Shown here: positions 39,166-49,174 of the stretch, in pieces
How the letters are laid out: every line of letters begins with the position of its first letter
Position numbering within the stretch: position 1 is the stretch's first letter
NCBI GenBank assembly: GCA_025355305.1
Contig: JANXZW010000058.1
Coordinates: 6,332 to 70,331 of the forward strand
From: Actinomycetes bacterium
GTDB lineage: Bacteria > Actinomycetota > Actinomycetes > Nanopelagicales > Nanopelagicaceae
DNA length: 64,000 nucleotides
Direction: 5' to 3'
Made by a program: the position numbers and the translations under genes
Notes under the pieces: model-generated
What the model was told of the DNA's origin: nothing
Databases searched by the model: none
The model's input: only the letters and a program-made list of their open reading frames with translations

Positions 39166-42100
39166 TTAAACGGATTCAGATTCGCGCAGGCGCTGTGAAA
39201 TAACTTCGGAGACACCATCACCGCGCATCGTTACGCCATAGAGAGCGTCCGCAATCTCCATGGTGCGCTTCTGGTGGGTAATGATGATCAATTGTGATTT
39301 TTCGCGTAACTCTTCAAAGACCCCAAGAAGACGGCTCAAGTTGGTGTCATCGAGCGCTGCTTCAACTTCATCCATGACGTAGAAGGGACTTGGACGCGCC
39401 TTAAAGATCGCAACCAACATGGCAACTGCGACGAGCGAACGTTCACCGCCCGAGAGCAAGGAGAGACGCTTTACGCGTTTTCCTGGAGGGCGAGCTTCAA
39501 CGTCAATACCCGTAGTCATCATGTTATTTGGATCGGTGAGGATTAACCTGCCATCGCCACCTGGGAAGAGACGGGCAAAGATTTTCTCAAACTCGCGAGC
39601 AGTGTCGTGATATGCATCGCTAAAGATCTGGACAACTTTATCGTCAACCTCTTTAATTATGTCGAGTAGATCGCGCTTAGTCTTCTTCAAATCTTCAAGT
39701 TGTTCCGCTAAATACTTCAAGCGCTCTTCGTGAGCGGTGTACTCCTCCAGAGCCAGCGGATTAATTTTGCCGAGCAGCGCCAGGCCCCGCTCTGCCTGCA
39801 CCAGACGCTTCTCCTGCTGATCACGGCGGTAAGGAATCAAATCTCCGGGAACAAAATTTCCCTCTTCATCTTCCACCAAAGTCGGAACATCGTTCTCTGG
39901 ACCGTACTCCGCCACCAGCGTCTCAATATCTACACCGAGTTCCTCGATAGAACGAGATTCCAATTGCTCTAAACGCAACCGTTGTTCGGCGCGCACAATC
40001 TCATCGCGATGCACACTCGAGGTTAACTGTTCGAGTTCCGCCGTTAACTCGCGGATCTTGCTACGAACGTTAAGAGTCTCGCCCTCGCGATCGGTTCGAG
40101 AGGCTTCTAAGCGCTCTCGCTCAGTAAGCGCTTTCGCGAGCGTGACTTCAATCTGGATTAAAACTTCATAGGCGAGATCGGCGATCTCGCGGGCCTTGGT
40201 AGCCGCGACAGAACGCGCAGCCATTCGGGCAATCGCCTTGACAGCGCTATCTCGCTCCGACTGGGCACTCTGCTCCAAGGTGCGGGCGCGCTGCGCTACG
40301 GCGGTAATGCGCTCCTCCATCGTGCGAAGTTCAAGTCGCGCTTCCACCTCAACCGCGCGCGCCGCAGTAACGCGCACGCGAATCTCATCCAGCGTCGCAA
40401 GATCCGGTTCTGAAGGGGTCTGATGTGATTCAAATTGAGTCACGGCCACTTCAAGGTCGCGTTCATCAGCGGCACGTTGTGCACCTGCTGCGGTGAGGGT
40501 GGTATTGAAACGTTCAACCTCGGCCTGGGAGCTCTTCACATTCTGCCCGGCGACCGCCATCTGCTCGGCCAGTCCTGACATTTTAGCGTCGGACTCATTG
40601 AGACCGGCCAGCGCTCTGTCGTGCGCCTTAAGGGCAACTTCAACCGCAGCTGAGGATGAAGCGAGTTCAAACTTCAGTGAGTCACAGCGTGCAACGATCT
40701 CGTTGAGGGCGCTACGAGTCTTTTCGATCAGAGCCGAGATTTCAATGGCGCTAGTTGATCCGGCGGATCCACCGCGAAGGCGGTTGCGACTAATGAGGTC
40801 GCCCTCTGGAGTCACAGCCATCAAAGATGGATGTTGGGCAATCAGCCGCTGCGCAGAGTGAATGTCATCAACTGCAACAACCCCACCCAGAAGCGCCTCA
40901 ATCATCTCCTCCAACCCCTCAGATTTAATAAGTGAGGCAAGGGAGGTGAAGCCGACTGGAATCGAGTAGCGCGAGTTGAATTCCCCATCAACGACTAGCA
41001 GCTCAGATTGTCCTGCTGATTCGGATTTGAGCATGGAGAGGGCATGAACTGCGTCAGCTAAATCCGAGACAACAATAGATTCAGCGAGAGGACCCAGAGC
41101 AGCCGCAACAGCACTCTCCCAACCGGAGCTGACGGAGATCAAGGTCGAGAGGCGACCTCGCGATTTGGCTCCACCGCGGCCGGTGAGAATTGCTTCGCCG
41201 CCGTCACGATGTAAGAGTGATTCTTCAAGTGCCGCTAGGCGAGCGCTAAGCCCCGCGCGTTCACGACTAGCGCTCTGTTCGTTTTCAAGGAGAGCAGCAT
41301 GCCTCGCATTTACCGAAGTGAGCGTTGCAAGGGCTTTCTCGAAGTCGGCATCTAACTCTGGCTCGAAGCGATCAACTCCTGCAATCTCTGCCTCCAGGGA
41401 TGCAAACTCAGTTCTAAATCCATGTAGGCGTGTCTCTGCCTCTTGTCTGGCAGTAGTCAGGCGGGTGATCTCTGCATCAGTAGCATCTATTCGAGCACGT
41501 AAACCATTGATGTGGCCCTCTTGACGCGCAGTTCCTTCACGAGCATCAGCGATAGATCGTTGCGCCGCCGCAACTTGATTCTCTTCAAGAGCCAGTTGCG
41601 CCTCGGTTGCGCGCAGGGCCTCGGTAATTTCTTGAAGTGTTACCCGTGCGGATTGCCCTTGTTGCGCCAGCGCACTCTCTTCCTGACGCAGTGAAGCTGC
41701 TTCAGCATCCATACTTTCAGGATCGCGACCGTTGGCGCGGGCCTCATCGCGCTCTTCAGAGAGGAATCGAGCCCGCTCTGCAGAGAGAGATTGGATACCG
41801 CGGAATTTTTCCCGTTGCGCCGTGAGTCGATAAAAGTTCTCCTGCGCCTGTACCAATTGCGGATTCTCAACCAGTGCTACTGCATCGAGTTGCTCTTCGC
41901 GGGTGCGCGATTGGGTGAGCGCCGCTTCCACCTGGTCGCGGCGGACTCGCAGCGAGGTCTCATCGGCGATATCTGCGTCAAAACTCTGGCGTAGTGAAAT
42001 TAGGTCATCTGCGAGGAGACGGAGTTTTGCATCGCGAAGATCCGATTGAATAGTTGAAGCGCGGCGAGCGACTTCAGCTTGCTTGCCCAATGGCTTGAGT

Positions 42101-42702
42101 TGGCGGCGCAATTCAACGGTGAGATCTTGGATACGAGCCAAGTTAGCCTGCATCGAGTCGAGCTTGCGCAGGGCCTTCTCTTTGCGCTTGCGGTGCTTTA
42201 GTACTCCGGCAGCCTCCTCGATGAAGGCGCGACGTTCCTCTGGGTTGGCTAGCAAGATAGCGTCTAATTGACCCTGTCCAACGATCACATGCATTTCGCG
42301 ACCGATACCGCTATCGCTGAGCAGCTCTTGAATATCTAGCAGGCGGGTCGTTTCGCCATTGAGTTGGTACTCACTCGTGCCATTGCGAAAAAGGATGCGC
42401 GAGATGGTGACCTCAGCGAAATCGATTGGCAGAGCGTTATCTGAGTTATCAATCGTGACCGAGACCTCGGCGCGTCCTAGTGGAGCGCGGCCGCTGGTGC
42501 CGGCAAAGATGACATCTTCCATCTTTCCACCCCGAAGGGATTTTGCTCCCTGTTCACCCATCACCCACGAAAGGGCATCGACAACATTGGACTTTCCCGA
42601 GCCATTTGGACCAACCACACAGGTAATTCCCTGCTCAAAGAGCAGAGTGGTGCTGGAGGCAAAGGATTTGAATCCCTTGAGGTTAATGCTCTTCAAATAC
42701 AC
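39166..42702 (-). CDS. smc: Chromosome partition protein SMC
   Basis: N-terminal Walker A GPNGSGKSN, long coiled coils, a hinge, and C-terminal LSGGERSLVAVA plus FYVMDEVEAALD. 1178 aa. Confidence 0.95.
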   Translation of the reverse strand: MYLKSINLKGFKSFASSTTLLFEQGITCVVGPNGSGKSNVVDALSWVMGEQGAKSLRGGKMEDVIFAGTSGRAPLGRAEVSVTIDNSDNALPIDFAEVTISRILFRNGTSEYQLNGETTRLLDIQELLSDSGIGREMHVIVGQGQLDAILLANPEERRAFIEEAAGVLKHRKRKEKALRKLDSMQANLARIQDLTVELRRQLKPLGKQAEVARRASTIQSDLRDAKLRLLADDLISLRQSFDADIADETSLRVRRDQVEAALTQSRTREEQLDAVALVENPQLVQAQENFYRLTAQREKFRGIQSLSAERARFLSEERDEARANGRDPESMDAEAASLRQEESALAQQGQSARVTLQEITEALRATEAQLALEENQVAAAQRSIADAREGTARQEGHINGLRARIDATDAEITRLTTARQEAETRLHGFRTEFASLEAEIAGVDRFEPELDADFEKALATLTSVNARHAALLENEQSASRERAGLSARLAALEESLLHRDGGEAILTGRGGAKSRGRLSTLISVSSGWESAVAAALGPLAESIVVSDLADAVHALSMLKSESAGQSELLVVDGEFNSRYSIPVGFTSLASLIKSEGLEEMIEALLGGVVAVDDIHSAQRLIAQHPSLMAVTPEGDLISRNRLRGGSAGSTSAIEISALIEKTRSALNEIVARCDSLKFELASSSAAVEVALKAHDRALAGLNESDAKMSGLAEQMAVAGQNVKSSQAEVERFNTTLTAAGAQRAADERDLEVAVTQFESHQTPSEPDLATLDEIRVRVTAARAVEVEARLELRTMEERITAVAQRARTLEQSAQSERDSAVKAIARMAARSVAATKAREIADLAYEVLIQIEVTLAKALTERERLEASRTDREGETLNVRSKIRELTAELEQLTSSVHRDEIVRAEQRLRLEQLESRSIEELGVDIETLVAEYGPENDVPTLVEDEEGNFVPGDLIPYRRDQQEKRLVQAERGLALLGKINPLALEEYTAHEERLKYLAEQLEDLKKTKRDLLDIIKEVDDKVVQIFSDAYHDTAREFEKIFARLFPGGDGRLILTDPNNMMTTGIDVEARPPGKRVKRLSLLSGGERSLVAVAMLVAIFKARPSPFYVMDEVEAALDDTNLSRLLGVFEELREKSQLIIITHQKRTMEIADALYGVTMRGDGVSEVISQRLRESESV

Positions 42703-42747
42703 GGGGAAAACCTATCTCTATCTGATGCTCTTTCTAGACAGGAAGCG

Positions 42748-43569
42748 CTAGAGCCGCTGACACTTTGGACAGAAGTGTGAAGAGCGCCCACCAAAAACTA
42801 TGCGGCGGATCTGGATGTGACAGCGCGAACAAGCCTCATTCTCGCGCCCGTAAGCCTGTAGCGATTGCGCAAAATAGCCGCTCTCCCCGTTGATATTTGT
42901 GTAAAGAGAGTCAAAGGAGGTGCCACCCTCAAGTAACGCTTGAGACATTACTCGCTCCGCGGCATTGATCAACTGACCAATCTTCCTTGGCGCGAGAGAA
43001 GATGCCGCGCTCTGCGGGTGGATCCTAGAAAGCCAGAGCGCTTCATCAGCATAAATGTTTCCAACTCCACTCATGACCCCCTGATCTAGCAGAACGCGCT
43101 TCACCTCACTGCCCTTACTCCGGAATTTCTTAATGACGGCCGCTCGATCGAATTGCGGGTCAAAGAGATCGGGCGCAATACTTCTAACGAGAGTCGGAAT
43201 GCCAGCGGCAAATTCATCTACGGCGAGCCACCCAAAGGTACGCTGATCGACAAATCGCAGTTCGCTATCGCCTAAGAGAAACCGAGCACGCAGATGTCTC
43301 TCATCGACGGCGTGGATAGGCTGAATTCGGAATTGCCCGCTCATGCCTAAGTGGGCAACCAGGGTGAAGGGGCGGTCGATTTCAAACCAGAGAAATTTTC
43401 CACGCCTAGAGAGCTTTTTAATTGTTGCGCCAGCAATCTCCGTGATGGGTGCCATCGAACGAGGGTTGGTTGCACGCGGGTGGAATAACTCTACCTTTTC
43501 AATAATGCGATCTAGGCACCAACGTTCAAGACCTCGCCTGACAGTTTCTACCTCAGGTAGTTCGGGCAT
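42748..43569 (-). CDS. mutM: Formamidopyrimidine-DNA glycosylase
   Basis: MPELPEVETVRRGL N-terminus and C-terminal zinc finger CSRC...CPKC. Confidence 0.92.
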   Translation of the reverse strand: MPELPEVETVRRGLERWCLDRIIEKVELFHPRATNPRSMAPITEIAGATIKKLSRRGKFLWFEIDRPFTLVAHLGMSGQFRIQPIHAVDERHLRARFLLGDSELRFVDQRTFGWLAVDEFAAGIPTLVRSIAPDLFDPQFDRAAVIKKFRSKGSEVKRVLLDQGVMSGVGNIYADEALWLSRIHPQSAASSLAPRKIGQLINAAERVMSQALLEGGTSFDSLYTNINGESGYFAQSLQAYGRENEACSRCHIQIRRIVFGGRSSHFCPKCQRL

Positions 43570-44185
43570 TTAAAACTTCAAGCGCTAACTTCGCTGCTAC
43601 TTGTTCGGCCTCGCGCTTACTCTTCCCACCACCTTGGGCGAAGCGCTCACCCCCGATTACCACAAGGGCTAGGAAACTCTTGTCATGGTCTGGCCCAAAT
43701 TCTTCAATCTCATATTCAGGTGCGTTGACTCCACGCGCCGCCGCCAACTCTTGCAAGGCAGTCTTGCCATCAATTCCTGCGCCCTGCGCGTTAGCAGATT
43801 CAATTAAAGGTCCGAACCACTCTAAGACTTTTGAGGTTGCCAGGTGGAGCCCGTGCTCTAAATAGATAGCGCCGACAAGTGCTTCCAGCGAATCTGCGAG
43901 GATCGAATTTTTGTCGCGACCGCCGGAGCTCTCCTCACCCTTGCCGATGCGAACATAATCACCGAGCGAAAGTTGGCGAGCGATCATCGCAAGCGCCTTT
44001 GTGTTAACAACGCCGGAGCGCAGCGGAGATAGCCGACTCTCATCGAGACCAGGAAATTTTGTGTACAACTCTCGAGTGATGATTAGCCCGAGGACGCTAT
44101 CGCCCAAGAATTCTAGGCGTTCATTGGTGGGCAGACCGCCCGATTCATAAGCGAATGAGCGGTGGGTCAAAGCAAGTTCTAGCAA
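43553..44185 (-). CDS. rnc: Ribonuclease III (true start probably further upstream, see finding)
   Basis: ALTHRSFAYE and NERLEFLGDSVLG, with a C-terminal dsRBD. TTG start as in the ORF track. Confidence 0.88.
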   Translation of the reverse strand: MLELALTHRSFAYESGGLPTNERLEFLGDSVLGLIITRELYTKFPGLDESRLSPLRSGVVNTKALAMIARQLSLGDYVRIGKGEESSGGRDKNSILADSLEALVGAIYLEHGLHLATSKVLEWFGPLIESANAQGAGIDGKTALQELAAARGVNAPEYEIEEFGPDHDKSFLALVVIGGERFAQGGGKSKREAEQVAAKLALEVLNARTT

Positions 44186-44234
44186 CTCCCCTGAAACCGA
44201 AATGCCGAGGCGTTCGGTCAGGCTAACGGTCAGA

Positions 44235-44408
44235 TCAGACCTCTAGGACCTGACGGCGGTTGTAGGTACCGCAGGTTGGGCAAGCCGTGTGTTGCAACTT
44301 TGGCTGCTGGCACTGTGAGCAGAGTGAGGTTGCTGCAGGAGTTGTCTTCCATGAGCTACGGCGTGAGCGAGTGCGCGAGCGCGACATCTTTCGCTTTGGG
44401 ACTGGCAT
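44235..44408 (-). CDS. rpmF: 50S ribosomal protein L32 (Cys-containing form)
   Basis: Translated by hand as MPVPKRKMSRSRTRSRRSSWK...CSQC...CPTCG (57 aa). AAGGAG lies upstream. It is below the ORF-track length cutoff. Confidence 0.9.
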   Translation of the reverse strand: MPVPKRKMSRSRTRSRRSSWKTTPAATSLCSQCQQPKLQHTACPTCGTYNRRQVLEV

Positions 44409-44520
44409 GGTTCACTCCTTGTTATTCGTTTAAAAAGTAATTACCGACGGCCGCTGGGCGGCAGCCTCTTCAAGAGGAAAAGTATCCCCCATAGCCCCAA
44501 AATAGTAAAAACGAGGGAGA

Positions 44521-45093
44521 TCAGGAGTTTGGCCCCTTCCAATCGGTGAGGCCAGCCCAACGGATATCGGCAGCGGAGTGAGCGTGATCATCGGGTAGAT
44601 CGGCCCATTTTACGCCACACCCTTGACAAAGCCCTTCGCAATCCTCGCTACAGAGCGGATTGACCGGAAGGTTAAGAATCAACGCATCACGGATAGGGCC
44701 GTCGAGATCGATGAAATCCTCATCCATCTCCAGAATTTCGTCCTCATCTTGAACATCTACCTCCCTATCCTTAGCGGCAGCTTTGGGCTTCTGGCGGTAG
44801 TCAATTTGATAGTGATAGAGCTCTTGAAAGCTCTCATCTATGTCAAAGGTCACGGGGTCTAAACAGCGAGTGCACTCCCCGATTGCCTCACTTGAGACGC
44901 TACCAGTAGCCAGTACCCCCTGCTCCACGGCTTCAATTCGCAGGTCGAGGAAGATCTCACCATCGCCGGGCACGGCGAGCAGCGGGACTCCGATCGGCTC
45001 GTGCAGGTCAAAGGTAAGTTCGTATACGCGCATCTCCCCGGCGCGTCGGGGCAGATCATGACAACTAAAGAGGAAAGGATTCTTGGTGGTCAT
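44521..45093 (-). CDS. yceD: YceD/DUF177 family protein (large-subunit rRNA accumulation)
   Basis: C-terminal CSEDCEGLCQGCG motif. Located upstream of rpmF. Confidence 0.85.
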   Translation of the reverse strand: MTTKNPFLFSCHDLPRRAGEMRVYELTFDLHEPIGVPLLAVPGDGEIFLDLRIEAVEQGVLATGSVSSEAIGECTRCLDPVTFDIDESFQELYHYQIDYRQKPKAAAKDREVDVQDEDEILEMDEDFIDLDGPIRDALILNLPVNPLCSEDCEGLCQGCGVKWADLPDDHAHSAADIRWAGLTDWKGPNS

Positions 45094-45099
45094 TTCAAA

Positions 45100-45576
45100 T
45101 TATTCAGCGAGCCCAGAGAGGAGGTGCTTCTCTTCAAATCCTTGCAATTTCTCGCGTCCACGATGGACAACATCAAGGCTCTTATTGAGAATGACCTCAA
45201 GAGTTGCTAATCGAGAATCGATATAAGCTTCAATCTCTTCGCGCTGGACTCGAGCATCTTCATCAGCCGCAGCCAAAATCCTCTTCCCTTCTGCGTGAGC
45301 CGCCGAGACGATCTCGGTCTGCTCCACCATTCGTGCAACCTCTTCACGGCCGTGAGCGATAAGAGCATCAGAGCTGACTCGCGCCTCTTCAATGATCTGT
45401 TCGCGAGTTTCAATTATTTGCTGCGCGAGAGCGAAGTCACTCGGAAAGGAGTTACGAGCACCGTCTAGAAGTTCAAGTAGCTCTCCGCGGTGGACAACGC
45501 AACTGGCGGAGAGTGGGACTCCACGAGCCTCTTCAACCAGTGATATTGCGCTCTGTAGGCGATCTACTGTCTCCAT
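45100..45576 (-). CDS. DivIVA-like coiled-coil protein, SepIVA (Rv2927c)-like
   Basis: The N-terminus LVEEARGVPLSASCVVHRGELLELLD closely resembles the mycobacterial Rv2927c N-terminus as I recall it. Same genomic position. It is shorter, at 158 aa. Confidence 0.7.
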   Translation of the reverse strand: METVDRLQSAISLVEEARGVPLSASCVVHRGELLELLDGARNSFPSDFALAQQIIETREQIIEEARVSSDALIAHGREEVARMVEQTEIVSAAHAEGKRILAAADEDARVQREEIEAYIDSRLATLEVILNKSLDVVHRGREKLQGFEEKHLLSGLAE

Positions 45577-46067
45577 TAGTTACCTCCATGTACGAGCGCC
45601 AACCTGGCCTTGAGCTTTTCGAGAAGGGTTGCCGGGATGTAATTTGAAACATCGCCGTTATAACTGGCAATCTCCTTCACAAGCGATGATGAGAGAAATG
45701 AGTGCGCGGGGGCCGTGGACATAAAGAGAGTTTCGATCCCCTTGAGTTGCAGATTGATCTGAGACATCTGAAGTTCGTAATCGAAGTCGGTGATGGCACG
45801 TAAGCCCTTGACGATCACAGTTATATGATTTGCTTCGCAGTAATCAACGAGCAGGCCCGACCAAGAGTCGACGCGAACATTAGGGAATTTTGCGGTGACT
45901 TCAGAGATCATCTCGATCCGCTCTGGCACAGTAAAGAGGGTGCTCTTGGTCTTATTTACCAGGACCGCGATGACAACTTCATCAAACATCTTGGCCGAGC
46001 GTTCAATAATGTCGAGGTGTCCGAAGGTGATGGGATCAAAAGATCCAGGGCAAACAACTCTCTTCAC
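45576..46067 (-). CDS. coaD: Phosphopantetheine adenylyltransferase
   Basis: CPGSFDPITFGHLDII motif. 163 aa. Confidence 0.93.
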   Translation of the reverse strand: MKRVVCPGSFDPITFGHLDIIERSAKMFDEVVIAVLVNKTKSTLFTVPERIEMISEVTAKFPNVRVDSWSGLLVDYCEANHITVIVKGLRAITDFDYELQMSQINLQLKGIETLFMSTAPAHSFLSSSLVKEIASYNGDVSNYIPATLLEKLKARLALVHGGN

Positions 46068-46657
46068 GGCAAAACGCTAGCAGAGTAGCCCCCGTAGAAG
46101 ATACTGCCCTGACCATATGAGCGTACTTTGATCTCTTCAAGAGGGGTTGGCCAAGAAAAAGCAGAACCTTTACTCTCTCGCTCAATTGCAATAATTCCCT
46201 TGGGTTGCAGCAACTTGCGCGTCAGAATCGTCGCGAGCATCTCTTCGATGACCGCGTTGGAGAGCTCGTAGGGAGGATCCATAAAGATTACGTCGTATTG
46301 CCCGCTCGCGATGGCATGATCTGATTCCAGATAGTGCGCTGCTTTGGTATGAAAGACGCGATAGGAGCCCGCGGGAGATTTAACAAGTTGGAAGTTTCTG
46401 ATTGCAACGTTACCCATATCGCCCTCAGATTCCACGGCATGCACGATCTGCGCACCACGGGAGAGAGCTTCGACACCCACCGCTGCACTTCCAGCAAAGA
46501 GATCGAGAAAGTGAATTCCCGCTAGTGAGGAGAACTCTGAGAGTAGCGAGGAGAAGAGCCCCTCCCGTGCGCGATCTGATGTCGGACGCGTTCTTGTATC
46601 AGGAGGCGAGATCAAGGTTTTGCCTTTGGCACTGCCCGCAATAATTCGCATCTTCAT
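46064..46657 (-). CDS. rsmD: 16S rRNA (guanine966-N2)-methyltransferase RsmD
   Basis: IIAGSAKG, DLFAGSAAVGVEALSRGA and DPPY motifs. Confidence 0.88.
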   Translation of the reverse strand: MKMRIIAGSAKGKTLISPPDTRTRPTSDRAREGLFSSLLSEFSSLAGIHFLDLFAGSAAVGVEALSRGAQIVHAVESEGDMGNVAIRNFQLVKSPAGSYRVFHTKAAHYLESDHAIASGQYDVIFMDPPYELSNAVIEEMLATILTRKLLQPKGIIAIERESKGSAFSWPTPLEEIKVRSYGQGSIFYGGYSASVLP

Positions 46658-48849
46658 CCCTTATCTACAAACGAACTCGCCTCTTCACTGCGCAATTGCG
46701 CAACCGCTGCGGCAAGAGTTGGCATCCCAGCCAGGGTTGGATCTGAGTCCACAAGTTTACTTCCAACCAGTCGCGCCTTCTCGATGAGCGGCTCGTCGCG
46801 CAACACTTTAAGCAAGCGCAGGTGAGAACGGACTCCGGATTGTGCCTTACCCAGCACATCCCCCTCACTACGTTGATCGAGGTCAATGCGGGAAAGTTCA
46901 AAGCCATCAAGGGTGCTCGCAACTGCGCTGAGCCGAACCTTTGCATCAGAATCTTCCGCGGCGGCTGAGACTAGGAGACAGAGACCCGGCACCTCACCAC
47001 GACCGACTCGACCTCGGAGTTGATGTAGTTGTGATACTCCAAACCGATCACCATCCATGATGACCATCATTGAGGCATTGGGAACATCGACTCCAACTTC
47101 AATCACCGTAGTTGCGACAAGTACATCAATCTTGCCCTCTGCAAAAGCTTGCATAGTCGCATCTTTCAGCTCGGCGCTCTGTCGACCGTGTAGTGGTGCG
47201 ACTCGCAATCCTTTGAGAGCACCGAGCGCCAACTCAGGCGCTAACTCCTCAACCGATGTGAGAGATAACTTCTCCTCTTTTTCACCATCCACCAGTCGTG
47301 CGATCGCGCGATCCATATCAGTCATGCCTTCGGGTTCGGTCTCGGTTGCACTAATTCGAGCTGCGACGATGTAGGCCTGATGACCCTTCTCTACCTCTTC
47401 GCGCAGACGCTCCCACGCGCGATCCAAATAGTGCGGCTTCAGAAGAACAGGAATCACGTGCGTGGTGATAGGTGTGCGGCCAGCAGGGAGCTCACGTAGC
47501 GTTGATATTTGCAGGTCTCCAAAAATCGTCATAGCCACCGTGCGTGGAATCGGTGTCGCAGTCATCACCAGTACATGAGGTGGAACCTGTGCTTTGGTGC
47601 GCAGGGCATCGCGCTGTTCGACCCCAAAGCGGTGTTGTTCATCAACTATAACCAGACCTAGATCGTGAAAGGCCAGTGCTTCAGTGAGCAAGGCGTGTGT
47701 ACCTATCACTATCCCGCCATCGCCTGATCCGATTTTGACGTAGGCATCGCGGCGCTGCGCCGCGTTCATAGATCCAGTAAGGAGTACAACTTGAGTTCCA
47801 CTCGCATCACCTTCAAGAGTCCCCGCCTGCGCTAGGGGGCCGAGCAACTTTGTAATTGTCTTGAAATGTTGCTGTGCAAGCACCTCGGTCGGTGCAAGAA
47901 GCGCGGCCTGCCCTCCCGAATCCACGACGGTGAGTGCGGCACGCAAGGCGACGACTGTCTTACCGGAACCAACTTCACCTTGTAGCAGCCGATGCATCGG
48001 ATGCGTCGCCGACATATCTATCTCAATTTCGGCACAGACCGCGAGTTGACCCTCGGTAAGTTTGAATGGAAGCAACGCTTCAAAACGAGAGACCAATCCA
48101 TCAGGCTTTATTGTTCGCGAAATCGCTGGCATCGCTCTGTACTCAGCGCGTCGCTGGGCGAGCAGAACTTGTAAGAGAAGAGCCTCATCAAAGGTAAGTC
48201 GCTCTCTGGCGAGCGCAGAACTTTCAAGCGAGGAGGGTTGGTGAATTTCACGTAAAGCTTGCGTCATGCGCGGATAGCCCAACTCGTTCAAGAGTTCGAC
48301 CGAAAGGTATTCAGGCAATTCTTCAACTCCGTCGAGAACGATTTCAACACATTGTGCGATCTTCCATGATGGAAATTTCGAGGCCGAAGGATAAACAGGA
48401 AGGAACTTGCCAGCGAATCCCGAGACCGCTTCATCGACATCATCGCCATCAGGTATCAGTTGATAGTCAGGGTGTGAGAGTTGGCGCTTGCCGTTGAAGA
48501 GGCCCACCTTGCCGGCAAACATCCCTGTGCGACCAACCCGCAACTCTTTTTCGCGCCACGGTTGATTAAAGAAGGTCAGATAGAGCTTCGCCGAACCATC
48601 CGTTACAACGACCTCCAGGATTGTGCGCCCGGTAGCCCTGCGCAGATGAACGGCGGAGATCTCCGCCAAGACGGTGGCCTCTTCACCCTCGCGGAGTTCT
48701 GAAATATCACTTAGCTCCCCCCGCACCACATAGCGGCGGGGATAATGGCGAAGGAGATCCCCCACCCTCTCCATGCCGAAGGCCTTGGCCAGAGCAACGG
48801 CGGTGCGATCCCCCAACTCCTTTTTGAGCGGGGTTTCCAGCGTGGACAT
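46654..48849 (-). CDS. recG: ATP-dependent DNA helicase RecG
   Basis: Wedge/OB N-terminus, Walker A GEVGSGKT, DEQHRFG and QLHQLRGRVGRG. Confidence 0.93.
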   Translation of the reverse strand: MSTLETPLKKELGDRTAVALAKAFGMERVGDLLRHYPRRYVVRGELSDISELREGEEATVLAEISAVHLRRATGRTILEVVVTDGSAKLYLTFFNQPWREKELRVGRTGMFAGKVGLFNGKRQLSHPDYQLIPDGDDVDEAVSGFAGKFLPVYPSASKFPSWKIAQCVEIVLDGVEELPEYLSVELLNELGYPRMTQALREIHQPSSLESSALARERLTFDEALLLQVLLAQRRAEYRAMPAISRTIKPDGLVSRFEALLPFKLTEGQLAVCAEIEIDMSATHPMHRLLQGEVGSGKTVVALRAALTVVDSGGQAALLAPTEVLAQQHFKTITKLLGPLAQAGTLEGDASGTQVVLLTGSMNAAQRRDAYVKIGSGDGGIVIGTHALLTEALAFHDLGLVIVDEQHRFGVEQRDALRTKAQVPPHVLVMTATPIPRTVAMTIFGDLQISTLRELPAGRTPITTHVIPVLLKPHYLDRAWERLREEVEKGHQAYIVAARISATETEPEGMTDMDRAIARLVDGEKEEKLSLTSVEELAPELALGALKGLRVAPLHGRQSAELKDATMQAFAEGKIDVLVATTVIEVGVDVPNASMMVIMDGDRFGVSQLHQLRGRVGRGEVPGLCLLVSAAAEDSDAKVRLSAVASTLDGFELSRIDLDQRSEGDVLGKAQSGVRSHLRLLKVLRDEPLIEKARLVGSKLVDSDPTLAGMPTLAAAVAQLRSEEASSFVDKG

Positions 48850-48964
48850 GGCGCCATTCTGCCAACTATCGCCCCTTGGATTAGCCTTTTAGCCGCGTGG
48901 GGCGGTAATCTTCCCCACTTAGCCGTACTGGAATTTCACCGTACCTGAATTTAAAGGAGCCATC

Positions 48965-49150
48965 GTGGCATCAAACTGCGACATCTGTGGCAAGGGCCCG
49001 AGTTTTGGCAATAACGTCTCGCACTCAATGCGTAAGACCCGCCGTCGCTGGAACCCAAATATCCAACGCGTCCGTACCTTGGTCGCCGGGGCCACCAAGC
49101 GTCAAAACGTCTGTTCATCTTGCCTCAAGGCTGGAAAGGTTCTCCGCTAA
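48965..49150 (+). CDS. rpmB: 50S ribosomal protein L28 (Cys-containing form)
   Basis: [28 protein letters not shown]...CSSC. GTG start with AAAGGAG upstream. Confidence 0.92.
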   Translation: MASNCDICGKGPSFGNNVSHSMRKTRRRWNPNIQRVRTLVAGATKRQNVCSSCLKAGKVLR

Positions 49151-49174
49151 CTCCCTCTTCTTTAGAGTAAGCGC

